Assembly: GCA_964572155.1 (NCBI GenBank)
Contig: CAZNDZ010000001.1
Location: 79,300 to 143,299, forward strand
Direction: 5' to 3'
DNA from: an uncultured Planctomycetales bacterium
GTDB lineage: Bacteria > Omnitrophota > Gorgyraeia > Zapsychrales > Fredricksoniimonadaceae
DNA length: 64,000 bases
Part shown: in pieces, positions 1 to 9,239 of the stretch
Layout of the letters: every line of letters begins with the position of its first letter
How positions within the stretch are numbered: position 1 is the first letter of the stretch
The notes under the pieces: generated by a model
Databases searched by the model: none
Seen by the model: only the letters and a program-made list of their open reading frames with translations
What the model was told of the DNA's origin: nothing
Program-made: the position numbers and the translations under genes

Positions 1-1225
1 CCAACAAGGCTTTGGCCGTCGATAAAGCTTGGATATGACGGGCATTGCTAATGACAATCGACGTGCTTGTTGATTCTATACCTTGATAGACTTGAGCTAG
101 GATGGCTTCTTCCAGATGGGCAATCGATGTCTGATGCAAAGCTGAAATCTTAACCTTAACACCATGCGGAAGTTGTTGCTCATCGAGTAACTGAGGTAAA
201 TCGGTTTTATTTAAAACAATGATGACCTTGCGGCCTTGTATTTTTTCAATCAGCAATCGATCCGCATCCTCTAGAGGCTTACTCGCATCTAAGATGAGCA
301 TGACCAAATCAGCACTATCTATAAACAGGTGACTGCGTTTGATAGCTTCGGCTTCAATCAAGTCGCGCGGTTCTAGGATGCCTGCTGTATCTACCAATTG
401 TAATGGGACACCTTTAATCTGCGCAGTTTCTTCTAAGACATCGCGTGTTGTTCCGGCGATGTCGGTCACAATAGCGCGATCTTGTTTTAACAATACATTG
501 AGTAAGGATGATTTTCCGGCATTGGGTTTACCACATAACACAATGCGTATGCCTTCTTTTAAAATACGCCCTTGCTTAGATGAGGCTAACAATTGATCAA
601 TGCGTTTTTTTGCATCTTTGACACGTTCTAATAAACGGGCACGATCGTCTGGGGCAATGTCATCCTCGGGAAAATTAATGGCCGCTTCAATGTGCAAATA
701 AGTCGACATCAACGCTTCGCGAATCTCTTCAAGGACGCTTGATAATTCACCCTTTAATTGATGCTGACTGACGCGGGCAAAATCATTGGTTTTGGCATGA
801 ATGACATCTAAGACAGCTTCGGCTTGTGTTAAATCAATGCGGCCATTAAGATAAGCACGCTTTGTAAATTCCCCTGGCTCAGCCAATCGCGCGCCTTGTT
901 TTAATACAAGGGCTAAGACAGATTGTAAGGTGACGATCCCACCATGCACACTTAACTCAACCACATCTTGGGTGGTATAGCTTTTTGGCGCGCGCATGAT
1001 GCTCACTAAAACTTCATCGATGATCTGCGAATCTTCTTTAACCCATCCTAGACTTAGAGTAAAACTCTTTAATTGCGAAGGCTTTAGGTTATTTTTAAGT
1101 GTAACCATTCTATCGACGATGCTGATGGCTTCTGGCCCAGAAATGCGCACCATGCCAATGCCGCCGGCACCCAATGGCGTTGCAATCGCGGCTATCGTAT
1201 CTTCATGACTTTTGAATTGGTACAT
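1..1225 (-). CDS. mnmE: tRNA modification GTPase MnmE/TrmE, 3'-truncated by window edge; ATG at 1223-1225
   Basis: Minus-strand translation gives MYQFKSHEDTIAAIATPLGAGGIGMVRISGPEAI..., G-domain LCGKPNAGKSSLLN, IAGTTRD, DTAG, NKTDL; the C-terminal end runs off the window start; overlaps folC stop by 23 nt. Confidence 0.85.
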   Translation of the reverse strand, partial: MYQFKSHEDTIAAIATPLGAGGIGMVRISGPEAISIVDRMVTLKNNLKPSQLKSFTLSLGWVKEDSQIIDEVLVSIMRAPKSYTTQDVVELSVHGGIVTLQSVLALVLKQGARLAEPGEFTKRAYLNGRIDLTQAEAVLDVIHAKTNDFARVSQHQLKGELSSVLEEIREALMSTYLHIEAAINFPEDDIAPDDRARLLERVKDAKKRIDQLLASSKQGRILKEGIRIVLCGKPNAGKSSLLNVLLKQDRAIVTDIAGTTRDVLEETAQIKGVPLQLVDTAGILEPRDLIEAEAIKRSHLFIDSADLVMLILDASKPLEDADRLLIEKIQGRKVIIVLNKTDLPQLLDEQQLPHGVKVKISALHQTSIAHLEEAILAQVYQGIESTSTSIVISNARHIQALSTAKALL

Positions 1226-2489
1226 ACGCTTGCTTCCTTGCTGTCGCAACGATAAATAATGAACCTGTGATTAAGATCACATGATCCTTGCTTGTTTTTG
1301 AGATGGCAAGTTCAATGGCTTCTGATATGCTCTGCGTCATAAACCACGTCTTTGGTGCAAATAATTCTTCGGCCTCGCGGCGATTAAAAACATGTGCACG
1401 CGGATGATCTGCTTTTGTCACAATCACTGTATCTGCCATGTGCTTGATTTCTTGTGCAACGGCCGTGATATCTTTGTCCGTTGACATCCCTAAAATCATC
1501 ATCACGTGATGTTTTGGATAATAATCTTTAACTGTTCGAGCCAAAGCGCGCATGGAAGCAGCATTATGCGCCCCATCTGCAATGACCAAGGGGTCTTGAT
1601 TCAAAACTTCAAAACGACCTGCCCATCGGGTAACCGCAATGGCTTGATGAATTAACCCTGGGTATGCGGGTGAACCAAATACTTTAAGTGCTTCAATGGC
1701 ATGTGCTGCCACCGACGCATTAACCCGCTGATGTGCACCTTTTAATAAAAATTCTTGATGAACCGCAATCTCCCCGTCGACAACCACCGGCGTAATACCA
1801 TACTCTTGGCATCGTGCCAAAATAACTTTAAGCGCCTCTGGTTCTTGGGGCGCAATCACAACCGCTTGATGAGAATTCTTTATAATCCCCGCTTTCTCTT
1901 CTGCAATCGCCTCGATCGTATCACCTAAGATGTGCATGTGGTCCAAGCTAATGGGTGTTATGACCGCCACATCGCTTAAGACAACATTAGTTGCATCAAG
2001 CCTACCGCCTAAACCTGTTTCTAAGATCACATAATCAACTTTTTGCTGACGATAGAACATCAAGGCAATCACGGTCATCACTTCAAAATAGGTCAATTCT
2101 AACCCACGATTAGACAACGCTGCGATGTGTGGCCGGATAATATGAATGATTTGATTTAATTGATCGTCGCTGATCATCCCATAAAAATCATCAAGGGATG
2201 CCATGACGCCCTTATCTAAAATACGGATGCGCTCATTTAAGCGATGCAAATGTGGAGACGTATATAAACCAACCTTAAACCCTGCATTGGCGAGGATGTA
2301 ACTGATAAAGGCGCACGTCGAGCCTTTGCCCTTAGTGCCGGCAACATGGATGACTTTCAAATCTTTTTGTGGGTTATCTAAAAAACTTAATAATTCTTCA
2401 ACACGGCCAAGTCCAAATTCTTTAGACGACACCGTATTTAATTTCGATTCGAAATTAGTAAATGAATTTAAGTAATCGTGAACAGACAT
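1203..2489 (-). CDS. folC: folylpolyglutamate synthase / dihydrofolate synthase
   Basis: 428 aa; P-loop HVAGTKGKGST, Mur-ligase-like central and C-terminal domains. Confidence 0.85.
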   Translation of the reverse strand: MSVHDYLNSFTNFESKLNTVSSKEFGLGRVEELLSFLDNPQKDLKVIHVAGTKGKGSTCAFISYILANAGFKVGLYTSPHLHRLNERIRILDKGVMASLDDFYGMISDDQLNQIIHIIRPHIAALSNRGLELTYFEVMTVIALMFYRQQKVDYVILETGLGGRLDATNVVLSDVAVITPISLDHMHILGDTIEAIAEEKAGIIKNSHQAVVIAPQEPEALKVILARCQEYGITPVVVDGEIAVHQEFLLKGAHQRVNASVAAHAIEALKVFGSPAYPGLIHQAIAVTRWAGRFEVLNQDPLVIADGAHNAASMRALARTVKDYYPKHHVMMILGMSTDKDITAVAQEIKHMADTVIVTKADHPRAHVFNRREAEELFAPKTWFMTQSISEAIELAISKTSKDHVILITGSLFIVATARKQAYVPIQKS

Positions 2490-4048
2490 TAATGTTTGAA
2501 ATGGCGCACGCCGGTTGTGACCATGGCAATCTTGCGCTTATTGGCTTCGTTGATCACTTCTTGATCGGCGATGGAACCGCCGGTCTGAATGATTGCCACA
2601 ACCCCTGCTTTGGCAGCAAAGGTAACAGTATCGGCTTTAGGTAAGAATGCATCGGAGATTAAAACAGAACCTTTGGCTAATTTGCCGGCTTTGCGAATCG
2701 CATGCAATGCGGAATCAACCCGACTGGTTTGGCCAGCGCCGATGCCAATGGTTTGAGTCCCCTTAACTAAAGCAATGGCATTAGACTTCACATGTTTGAT
2801 GAAGGTCCAGCCAAATTTCATTGCTTCCAATTGCGCCTTGGTTGGTTTAATCGTACCGACAACTTTAATATCTTCATCTTTAAGCACACGGGTATCTTTT
2901 TCTTGTAACAATAACCCGCCGGAAACTTTCTTAAAATCATATTTCTCAGGCACAATGCCGTATATGTCTAATTCTAACAAACGTAAATTCTTTTTTTCCT
3001 TCAATATTTTCAAACTCTCTGCATCAAAGCTTGGCGCAATGACACATTCCATAAAACCGCTCTTAAAAATGGCCTTTGCTGTTGCCACATCCACCTTGCG
3101 ATTAAGGCCAATGATACCGCCAAAGGCTGAGAGCGCATCACATTTCAACGCTTTAACAAATGCTTTATCCAATGTTTTATCAACAGCAATGCCGGATGGA
3201 TTATTATGTTTGATCACAACAGCTGCCGGCTGATCATAATCACGGATGATGTCAACCGCTGCTTGAAGGTCTAAAATATTATTAAACGACAATTCTTTGC
3301 CATGCAATTGCTTTAAACCAGCCAAACCTTCCGCCTTGCGACCCTCGGCGTAGAATGCCGCTTGCTGATGTGGGTTTTCACCATAACGCAAATCCTGTTT
3401 TTTGGTAAAAGTCACTGAGAAATCTTTGGGGAAAGTGGAAAAGACATTGTCGTTCTTAAAGCGGCTACTTAAAAAATTATATATCGCACTGTCATAACTG
3501 CTGGTGCGTTCAAAAACTTCAATGCTCAAATTGGTTAACACCTTATCAGATAAAATGCCAGAATTATTATTAAGCTCACTTAATACTTCCGCATAACGGG
3601 CTGGGTTGCAAATGACCGCAACGCTTTTATAATTCTTTGCCGCAGAACGCAACATCGAAGGCCCACCAATATCGATATTTTCGATGCATTCTTCTAAAGA
3701 TACATTTTTCTTAGCGGAAATCTTTTCAAAAGGATACAAGTTAACTACAACCATATCAATGGGTTGTATGCCATGATCTTTCATTTCTTTGATGTGTTGT
3801 AGATTATCGCGAACCCCGAGCAACCCTCCGTGAATCTTGGGGTGTAGGGTCTTCACGCGCCCATCTAACATTTCCGGAAAACCCGTATAGTCAGCAACTT
3901 CGATGACCTCAATGTTATTGGTGCGCAAGAGTGCAGCGGTGCCGCCTGTAGAAATGATTTCGACCCCGAGTTTGGATAAACCCTTGGCAAAATCAAGCAG
4001 GCCCGTCTTATCAGAAACTGAAATAAGCGCCCGGCGGACTTTGATCAT
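2489..4048 (-). CDS. purH: bifunctional AICAR transformylase / IMP cyclohydrolase
   Basis: 519 aa; MGS-like N-terminal domain (ALISVSDKTGL...STGGTA) and AICARFT domain. Confidence 0.9.
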   Translation of the reverse strand: MIKVRRALISVSDKTGLLDFAKGLSKLGVEIISTGGTAALLRTNNIEVIEVADYTGFPEMLDGRVKTLHPKIHGGLLGVRDNLQHIKEMKDHGIQPIDMVVVNLYPFEKISAKKNVSLEECIENIDIGGPSMLRSAAKNYKSVAVICNPARYAEVLSELNNNSGILSDKVLTNLSIEVFERTSSYDSAIYNFLSSRFKNDNVFSTFPKDFSVTFTKKQDLRYGENPHQQAAFYAEGRKAEGLAGLKQLHGKELSFNNILDLQAAVDIIRDYDQPAAVVIKHNNPSGIAVDKTLDKAFVKALKCDALSAFGGIIGLNRKVDVATAKAIFKSGFMECVIAPSFDAESLKILKEKKNLRLLELDIYGIVPEKYDFKKVSGGLLLQEKDTRVLKDEDIKVVGTIKPTKAQLEAMKFGWTFIKHVKSNAIALVKGTQTIGIGAGQTSRVDSALHAIRKAGKLAKGSVLISDAFLPKADTVTFAAKAGVVAIIQTGGSIADQEVINEANKRKIAMVTTGVRHFKH

Positions 4049-4062
4049 ACCTTACAAAAGAA

Positions 4063-4218
4063 TTATCTTTTGCCTTTTTTGCGTTTCAATTCGGAAGGCT
4101 TAGAATAAAAGCGGCGTTCTTTGAGCTCGACTAAGAAACCGTCTTTTTGACACTGCTTCTTAAATTGGCGCATCGCTTTTTCAAAACTGTTCTTGTCATT
4201 AATTTTAACTTCCAACAT
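4063..4218 (-). CDS. rpsU: 30S ribosomal protein S21 (51 aa), missed by the >=60 aa ORF track
   Basis: Hand translation MLEVKINDKNSFEKAMRQFKKQCQKDGFLVELKERRFYSKPSELKRKKGKR, classic S21 pattern; AAGGAG Shine-Dalgarno 7 nt upstream. Confidence 0.6.
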   Translation of the reverse strand: MLEVKINDKNSFEKAMRQFKKQCQKDGFLVELKERRFYSKPSELKRKKGKR

Positions 4219-4223
4219 GCTAA

Positions 4224-4230
4224 TCACGAC
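4224..4230 (-). promoter_or_regulatory. Shine-Dalgarno (AAGGAG) for rpsU
   Basis: RC of ctcctt immediately upstream of the ATG at 4218. Confidence 0.4.
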
Positions 4231-4315
4231 TCCTTACAAGTGTTTAGAATTAAAAGGTTTGTGTATTATATTCAGTTTGCTTTTTTTGTCAAATTAAAAA
4301 TAACACCCACGAGCC

Positions 4316-4912
4316 TCATTTCTTTTTTACCTTGGGCTTTGAACTTCCCCTCTCAATTGCCGCAGCAAAACCTAATGGCCCTCGCTTTTTGGTTGCTTCG
4401 TCTTTATCAGTCAATAACTGTTTAATTGCATTAAAAATTAATACGAATTTCTGATCATGTTCTTTAAACTTTCCTTGAAATTTAATCTCTAGATCTTCGA
4501 TCTTCTGAGCTAAATCTTTATGAGACAACATCAATTCTCTTAACTTAGTAAATACACGAATAATTTGTATATTGACATAAATTGCTCTTTTAGAAGTAAG
4601 GACACTTGAAAGCATCGCTACGCCTTGTTCTGTAAAAACCATTGGTACTTTTCGTGTGCCTCCCCATCTTGATGTTCCAAACTGGAACTTCAAGTTTTGG
4701 AATTCATTTTTTGTCAGTACAAACCCAAAGTCTGGTGGAAACCTGTCAATGTTTCTTCTTACAGCCTTATTTAGATTTCTTGTTAATACACCATATAATT
4801 CTGCTAGGTCTCGATCAAGCATTACCTTTTGCCCCCGAATTAAATAAATCTTATTTTGAATTATTTCAACTGGAACTAACGTCCCTGTTTTCTGAACAGT
4901 TTTTCGTTTCAT
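4316..4912 (-). CDS. ORF6N-domain protein (phage/ICE-associated antirepressor-like)
   Basis: 198 aa; IYLIRGQKVMLDRDLAELYGV...NLNKAVRRNIDRFP...FTEQGVAMLSSVL matches the ORF6N domain pattern; flanked by AT-rich spacers. Confidence 0.6.
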   Translation of the reverse strand: MKRKTVQKTGTLVPVEIIQNKIYLIRGQKVMLDRDLAELYGVLTRNLNKAVRRNIDRFPPDFGFVLTKNEFQNLKFQFGTSRWGGTRKVPMVFTEQGVAMLSSVLTSKRAIYVNIQIIRVFTKLRELMLSHKDLAQKIEDLEIKFQGKFKEHDQKFVLIFNAIKQLLTDKDEATKKRGPLGFAAAIERGSSKPKVKKK

Positions 4913-5018
4913 AAAACACCTCTAAATAAAATGGTTTTATAAGAAATTAAAAAATTTCGGGGGATTTACACTGTGTTTCAGATCTGATCGGGGGAATCAG
5001 ATTACAACAAATTCTTTC

Positions 5019-6218
5019 CTAATACGTCGGGTCGACGTAGGTGTATTCTTCGCCTTTGAAGTTGCGGACGGTGTGTATGCCGCTTTTGCTTTTGACCATG
5101 TAGTTGGGGGCAATAGGGATTTTGCCGCCGCCACCTGGGCCGTCGATGACATAGGTTGGTACGGCATAACCTGTCGTATGACCGCGCAAGTTTTCCATGA
5201 TGTTAATGCCAGTTTCAACGGAAGTGCGAAAATGTTTGGATCCGACAATTGGATCACATTGATAAATATAGTAAGGGCGAACGCGAATCTTTAAAAGTTC
5301 ATGAAACAATTTTTTCATGATTTCTGGTTTATCGTTAACACCGCGCAGCAAGACGGTTTGACTGCCCATGGGGATACCGGCATCGGCAATCATGTTGCAC
5401 GCATGTTTGACACGTGGGGTCACTTCTTTAGGATGATTAAAGTGAATGCTCATCCAAATGGGTGAATATTTCTTAAACATGGCAATCAACTCTGGGGTCA
5501 CGCGTTGTGGCAAGGTGACAGGGATACGGGTGCCAATGCGCACAAATTCCACGTGTGGAATGGCTTTAACGCTTGAAATCAAATATTCCAACATGCGGTC
5601 GCCCAAGGTTAACGGGTCGCCGCCAGAAATTAAAACATCACGGATTTCTTTATGTTCACGAATATAATTAAGCGCTGCATCATACGTTCCTGTATTTAAC
5701 GTGTGATTACCATCGCCCACCATCCGAGAACGAGTGCAATAACGGCAATACATGGCGCACATTTCATTGACTAAAAATAACACGCGATCCGGATAACGAT
5801 GAACAAGGCCATGCACGGCGGAACTTTTATCTTCGCCGCATGGATCTAACATTTCTTCGGGTGCTGTTTCAAATTCTTCTGCTTGAGGTACCGACTGCAA
5901 ACGGATCGGACAACCCACATCATGTGTGTCAATTAACGCCGCAAAATATGGCGGGATGGACATGGTCAACTTATCCCCTGCCCCTTTAACCCCTTTTTCT
6001 TCCGACGGGGTTAAAGTCATGAATTTAGAAATTTGATCGAAGGTGCGCACGCGGTTGCGAATTTGCCAACGCCAATCTTCAAAGTCAGCCAAGGTAGCCC
6101 CTGGGTAAAGACGAATGATGCGTTCTTCATCAGGAGATAGCGGTATATTCGGTCCTTTGGATAAAATGGGTGCGGTTAATGCTTGTTCTTCATTGGCGGC
6201 AACTGCGACAGGGTTCAT
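5019..6218 (-). CDS. kamA: lysine 2,3-aminomutase family radical SAM enzyme (KamA/EpmB-like)
   Basis: 399 aa; CAMYCRYCTRS radical-SAM cysteine motif, KamA-family C-terminal region. Confidence 0.8.
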   Translation of the reverse strand: MNPVAVAANEEQALTAPILSKGPNIPLSPDEERIIRLYPGATLADFEDWRWQIRNRVRTFDQISKFMTLTPSEEKGVKGAGDKLTMSIPPYFAALIDTHDVGCPIRLQSVPQAEEFETAPEEMLDPCGEDKSSAVHGLVHRYPDRVLFLVNEMCAMYCRYCTRSRMVGDGNHTLNTGTYDAALNYIREHKEIRDVLISGGDPLTLGDRMLEYLISSVKAIPHVEFVRIGTRIPVTLPQRVTPELIAMFKKYSPIWMSIHFNHPKEVTPRVKHACNMIADAGIPMGSQTVLLRGVNDKPEIMKKLFHELLKIRVRPYYIYQCDPIVGSKHFRTSVETGINIMENLRGHTTGYAVPTYVIDGPGGGGKIPIAPNYMVKSKSGIHTVRNFKGEEYTYVDPTY

Positions 6219-7252
6219 TTTCGTGATACAGCCTCCGTTTTGTTCAAGCCTAAACGTTGTACGGCTTGGTCTAAAATGCTAAGAATGATTTGATTATACG
6301 ACATTCCTTTTACTTTGCCAAATAAAACAAAAACATCATCTGGATTTAAATTAGGTAACGGATTAATCTCTAAAACATAGGGATTACCTTTTTCATCCAC
6401 ACGAAAATCAACACGACCAAAATCACGGCAATCAACCGACTTATACGCCTTAACGGCAATGTCTTGCAATTTCTTAGCTAAAGCAGCGTCGATCGGTGCT
6501 GGACAAATATGATTAACAACCTTTTCTGCCACATAACGGTATGTATAAAATTCATTGCCCAAATCTGTTTTATTACCAATTGCATATTGCACCACGGGCA
6601 TGGCTTGTGCATTTTCATTGCCAATGACGCCAACGGTATATTCCGTACCCTTAATAAATTCTTCAACCAACGCTGGCTGATTGTAATTGCTATAAATGCG
6701 GTCAACTTGCGTTTTTAATTGTTCTGGTGTTTGCACGCGAGAATCCGCGGTGATGCCCTTCGATGTGCCCTCATGCAAGGTTTTTACAAACAATGGAAAA
6801 CCAATGGTGTTTAATGTTTTAAGATCATCATGAGAAGTTGCTTTAAAATATCTGGCTGTTGGTACTCCGTCAGCAATGAAACATTTTTTAGCGACAACCT
6901 TATCAAGGGTTACGCCTAACGTCAACGCATCGGCCCCAGCAAAGGGAATGCGGTACAAATCTAAGATGGCTGGGATTTGAGATTCGCGGTTGCGGCCATG
7001 ATGACCTTCGGCAATATTAAAAACCAAATCAACGCCCAAATCAGGCAATGCTTTTAATAAGTTCTTTGCATTACCAATTAGTCGAACACTGTGGCCAGCA
7101 GATTCAAACGCTGCTTTTAGCGCTTCTACCGTCGCAAAACTATCTAGCTCCGCCGATGCATCAATGGGATCATTGGCGCCGGGCGTCCAGTCTGTTTTTA
7201 AATCGTATGTTAAACCAATGGTTAATTTCATATGCAGGAACAAATTTATCAA
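6215..7252 (-). CDS. D-alanine--D-alanine ligase-like ATP-grasp enzyme (alternative start at 7231, MKLTIGL)
   Basis: 345 aa; Ddl N-terminal domain and ATP-grasp core (EYTVGVIGN...VDFRVDEKGNPYVLEINPLP); 4-nt overlap with kamA stop. Confidence 0.7.
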   Translation of the reverse strand: MINLFLHMKLTIGLTYDLKTDWTPGANDPIDASAELDSFATVEALKAAFESAGHSVRLIGNAKNLLKALPDLGVDLVFNIAEGHHGRNRESQIPAILDLYRIPFAGADALTLGVTLDKVVAKKCFIADGVPTARYFKATSHDDLKTLNTIGFPLFVKTLHEGTSKGITADSRVQTPEQLKTQVDRIYSNYNQPALVEEFIKGTEYTVGVIGNENAQAMPVVQYAIGNKTDLGNEFYTYRYVAEKVVNHICPAPIDAALAKKLQDIAVKAYKSVDCRDFGRVDFRVDEKGNPYVLEINPLPNLNPDDVFVLFGKVKGMSYNQIILSILDQAVQRLGLNKTEAVSRK

Positions 7253-7293
7253 ATTCTGCCAAAAATGCTATTAAAATTTTTGTGCAGGCCTAA

Positions 7294-8583
7294 TTATAAT
7301 TTCTCTTTATATTTACTCCACACCAAGGCAATCAACTCTTCCATAACGTCGTCGATGGTGATCACACCTTGCATGATATCCTCATGGTTTAACACAGGGA
7401 TTGAGGATGTTTTATTGCGCTCCAAAAGCAACGCGACTTCCTCAACTGTTGCATCCGTATAAACAAACACATTTTCTGGATAACATGTCTCTATTAATTT
7501 CTTCTGTGGGTCTTCATTAATAAAATGTCGTAACGAGGTAGTCCCTAGATAGCGATGATTTTCATCGACGACGTAAAGAAAAAATATGCTTCCTGGAAAG
7601 CCAGTGCTTTCTTTGATCTTGCGGATCCCATCCTCAACCGTTGCATCTGGTTTCACCGTTAGATACTCCGTTGTCATCAAACCACCCGCGGAATCTTTCG
7701 CAAAACTTAATAACTTGCGTAATTTCTTATTGGTCTCTGTTCCCAGTGCCCCCATTAATTCATGCGTGCGACTGCGTGGCAATTTCATCAACAGATCTGT
7801 TGCTTCATCGGCAGGAATATTGGTAATGAGCGTTGCGGCTTCTTTCTTTTCAAGTTGATCAATCAACTCTGTTTTAAAACCTATGTTCATGTCGGTAAAA
7901 ACTTTATTCTGCAAACTACCATCCAACGATTTAAATAATGACACCCGCGCATACATATCCAAGTCTTCCATGATCTCAGCCAGAGCTGCTGGTGGTATCG
8001 ACGCTAACTTATTGCTCTTAACATCTAACTTAACAACACTTTTCATGCGGCCAAGTTTTGGTAGGATTTGAGTATTCTTCCAAGAAATTAATTCTTCATG
8101 TGTTAGAAAATTGGATCTGGGGTTGATGATTTTAACACCATGATCAATGACAAATGTCCACCCAAGCCGTCGGACTAAAGCCCGTAGCCCCACATCAACA
8201 TGCGCGGCATATAATTGATTTTCGACACGTAACAAATGTATGTCATTGACCCGCACAACCCGCTGATCATCGGTATCAACAACTTGTTGATCTAAAATAT
8301 CACGGCGCAGTGTAAAATCGCATTTGATGAGCTCTGTTTGGAAAATAACTTGGTGGGCATCGATCTTAAGGCGAATTTCATCTTCAATATAAACAACATC
8401 TTCCCATTTGATACGTGCATATTGCTTGCGCCATTGTCCGGTGGTAATGATCAAATCGCTTGCACGCGGGTATATATCTCCTTGCGGATTCATGATCAAG
8501 TCATGCAAGCTCCCCAAGTACTCACCCTTGCTGTCTAGCACGTCCATACCAATCAAATGTGCAAAATATAAAAATAATTTCAT
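7294..8583 (-). CDS. MgtE-N/CBS-pair domain protein lacking the MgtE transmembrane channel domain
   Basis: 429 aa; PRC-barrel-like N-terminus, MgtE intracellular N domain, two CBS motifs; no hydrophobic C-terminal segment. Confidence 0.6.
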   Translation of the reverse strand: MKLFLYFAHLIGMDVLDSKGEYLGSLHDLIMNPQGDIYPRASDLIITTGQWRKQYARIKWEDVVYIEDEIRLKIDAHQVIFQTELIKCDFTLRRDILDQQVVDTDDQRVVRVNDIHLLRVENQLYAAHVDVGLRALVRRLGWTFVIDHGVKIINPRSNFLTHEELISWKNTQILPKLGRMKSVVKLDVKSNKLASIPPAALAEIMEDLDMYARVSLFKSLDGSLQNKVFTDMNIGFKTELIDQLEKKEAATLITNIPADEATDLLMKLPRSRTHELMGALGTETNKKLRKLLSFAKDSAGGLMTTEYLTVKPDATVEDGIRKIKESTGFPGSIFFLYVVDENHRYLGTTSLRHFINEDPQKKLIETCYPENVFVYTDATVEEVALLLERNKTSSIPVLNHEDIMQGVITIDDVMEELIALVWSKYKEKL

Positions 8584-9239
8584 CGCGTCTTTCCAACACC
8601 TTTTTTCTCACACATACGATTCACTGGGCATTTGCTGCACCATGGCGAGATCGGGGCACACACATTTTGTCCCCATGTGACCAAGAGCGCATTATACGTA
8701 TTCCAATATTTTTTAGGTAACTTTTTTCTTAAGGCAAATTCTGTTTCCTCAGGAGTCTTGGTTGCTACATATCCCAATCTATTTGAAATGCGGTGCACAT
8801 GCGTATCAACACACATGGCCAATTTTCCAAAACCTTCGGTTATGACCAAATTTGCTGTCTTTCGCCCCACACCTTTTAGTGTAAGCAATTGATCCAAATC
8901 ATCCGGTACGGTGCTGTTAAAACGATCCTTTAAATCTTGGCAAATACTTAAAATGGTACGTGCTTTGGTTTTATAAAAACCTACAGGATAAATTAATGTC
9001 TCAATTTCTGTTGGGGTTAATTTTAGAAATCCGTCAATGGTACTAACTTTAGGAAAAAGGCGTTCGCACACGGGTAAGGTGGTGGTATCTTTGGTGCGCA
9101 ATGACAATAAACAGGAAATAAGAACTAAAAAAGGACTCTTAAACTTCTTTCCAACCAGTGTTACGGAAGGGTCAGGCAAGTCTCGCATGGCAAGGGTTAA
9201 GCAGTCCATCACCTTTGCCATTTGGACATTGTCGATCAT
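8580..9239 (-). CDS. nth: endonuclease III (HhH-GPD DNA glycosylase with 4Fe-4S cluster)
   Basis: 219 aa; HhH motif LKGVGRKTANLV, C-x6-C-x2-C-x5-C (CAPISPWCSKCPVNRMC). Confidence 0.85.
   Translation of the reverse strand: MIDNVQMAKVMDCLTLAMRDLPDPSVTLVGKKFKSPFLVLISCLLSLRTKDTTTLPVCERLFPKVSTIDGFLKLTPTEIETLIYPVGFYKTKARTILSICQDLKDRFNSTVPDDLDQLLTLKGVGRKTANLVITEGFGKLAMCVDTHVHRISNRLGYVATKTPEETEFALRKKLPKKYWNTYNALLVTWGQNVCAPISPWCSKCPVNRMCEKKGVGKTR

Noticed and set aside
339-1208. Plus-strand ORFs 339..596 and 996..1208
   Set aside because: They lie antisense within the well-supported mnmE coding region. They have low-complexity translations and no recognisable domains.
2775-3233. 152-aa plus-strand ORF inside purH
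   Set aside because: Antisense to a strongly conserved purH reading frame, with no motifs.
3903-4425. ORFs 3903..4103 (+) and 4147..4425 (+)
   Set aside because: They overlap the purH 5' end, the minus-strand rpsU and an AT-rich spacer. The rpsU reading on the opposite strand explains the region better.
4997-5294. ORFs 4997..5257 (-) and 5073..5294 (+) overlapping kamA
   Set aside because: Alternate-frame or antisense ORFs inside the conserved KamA C-terminal region.
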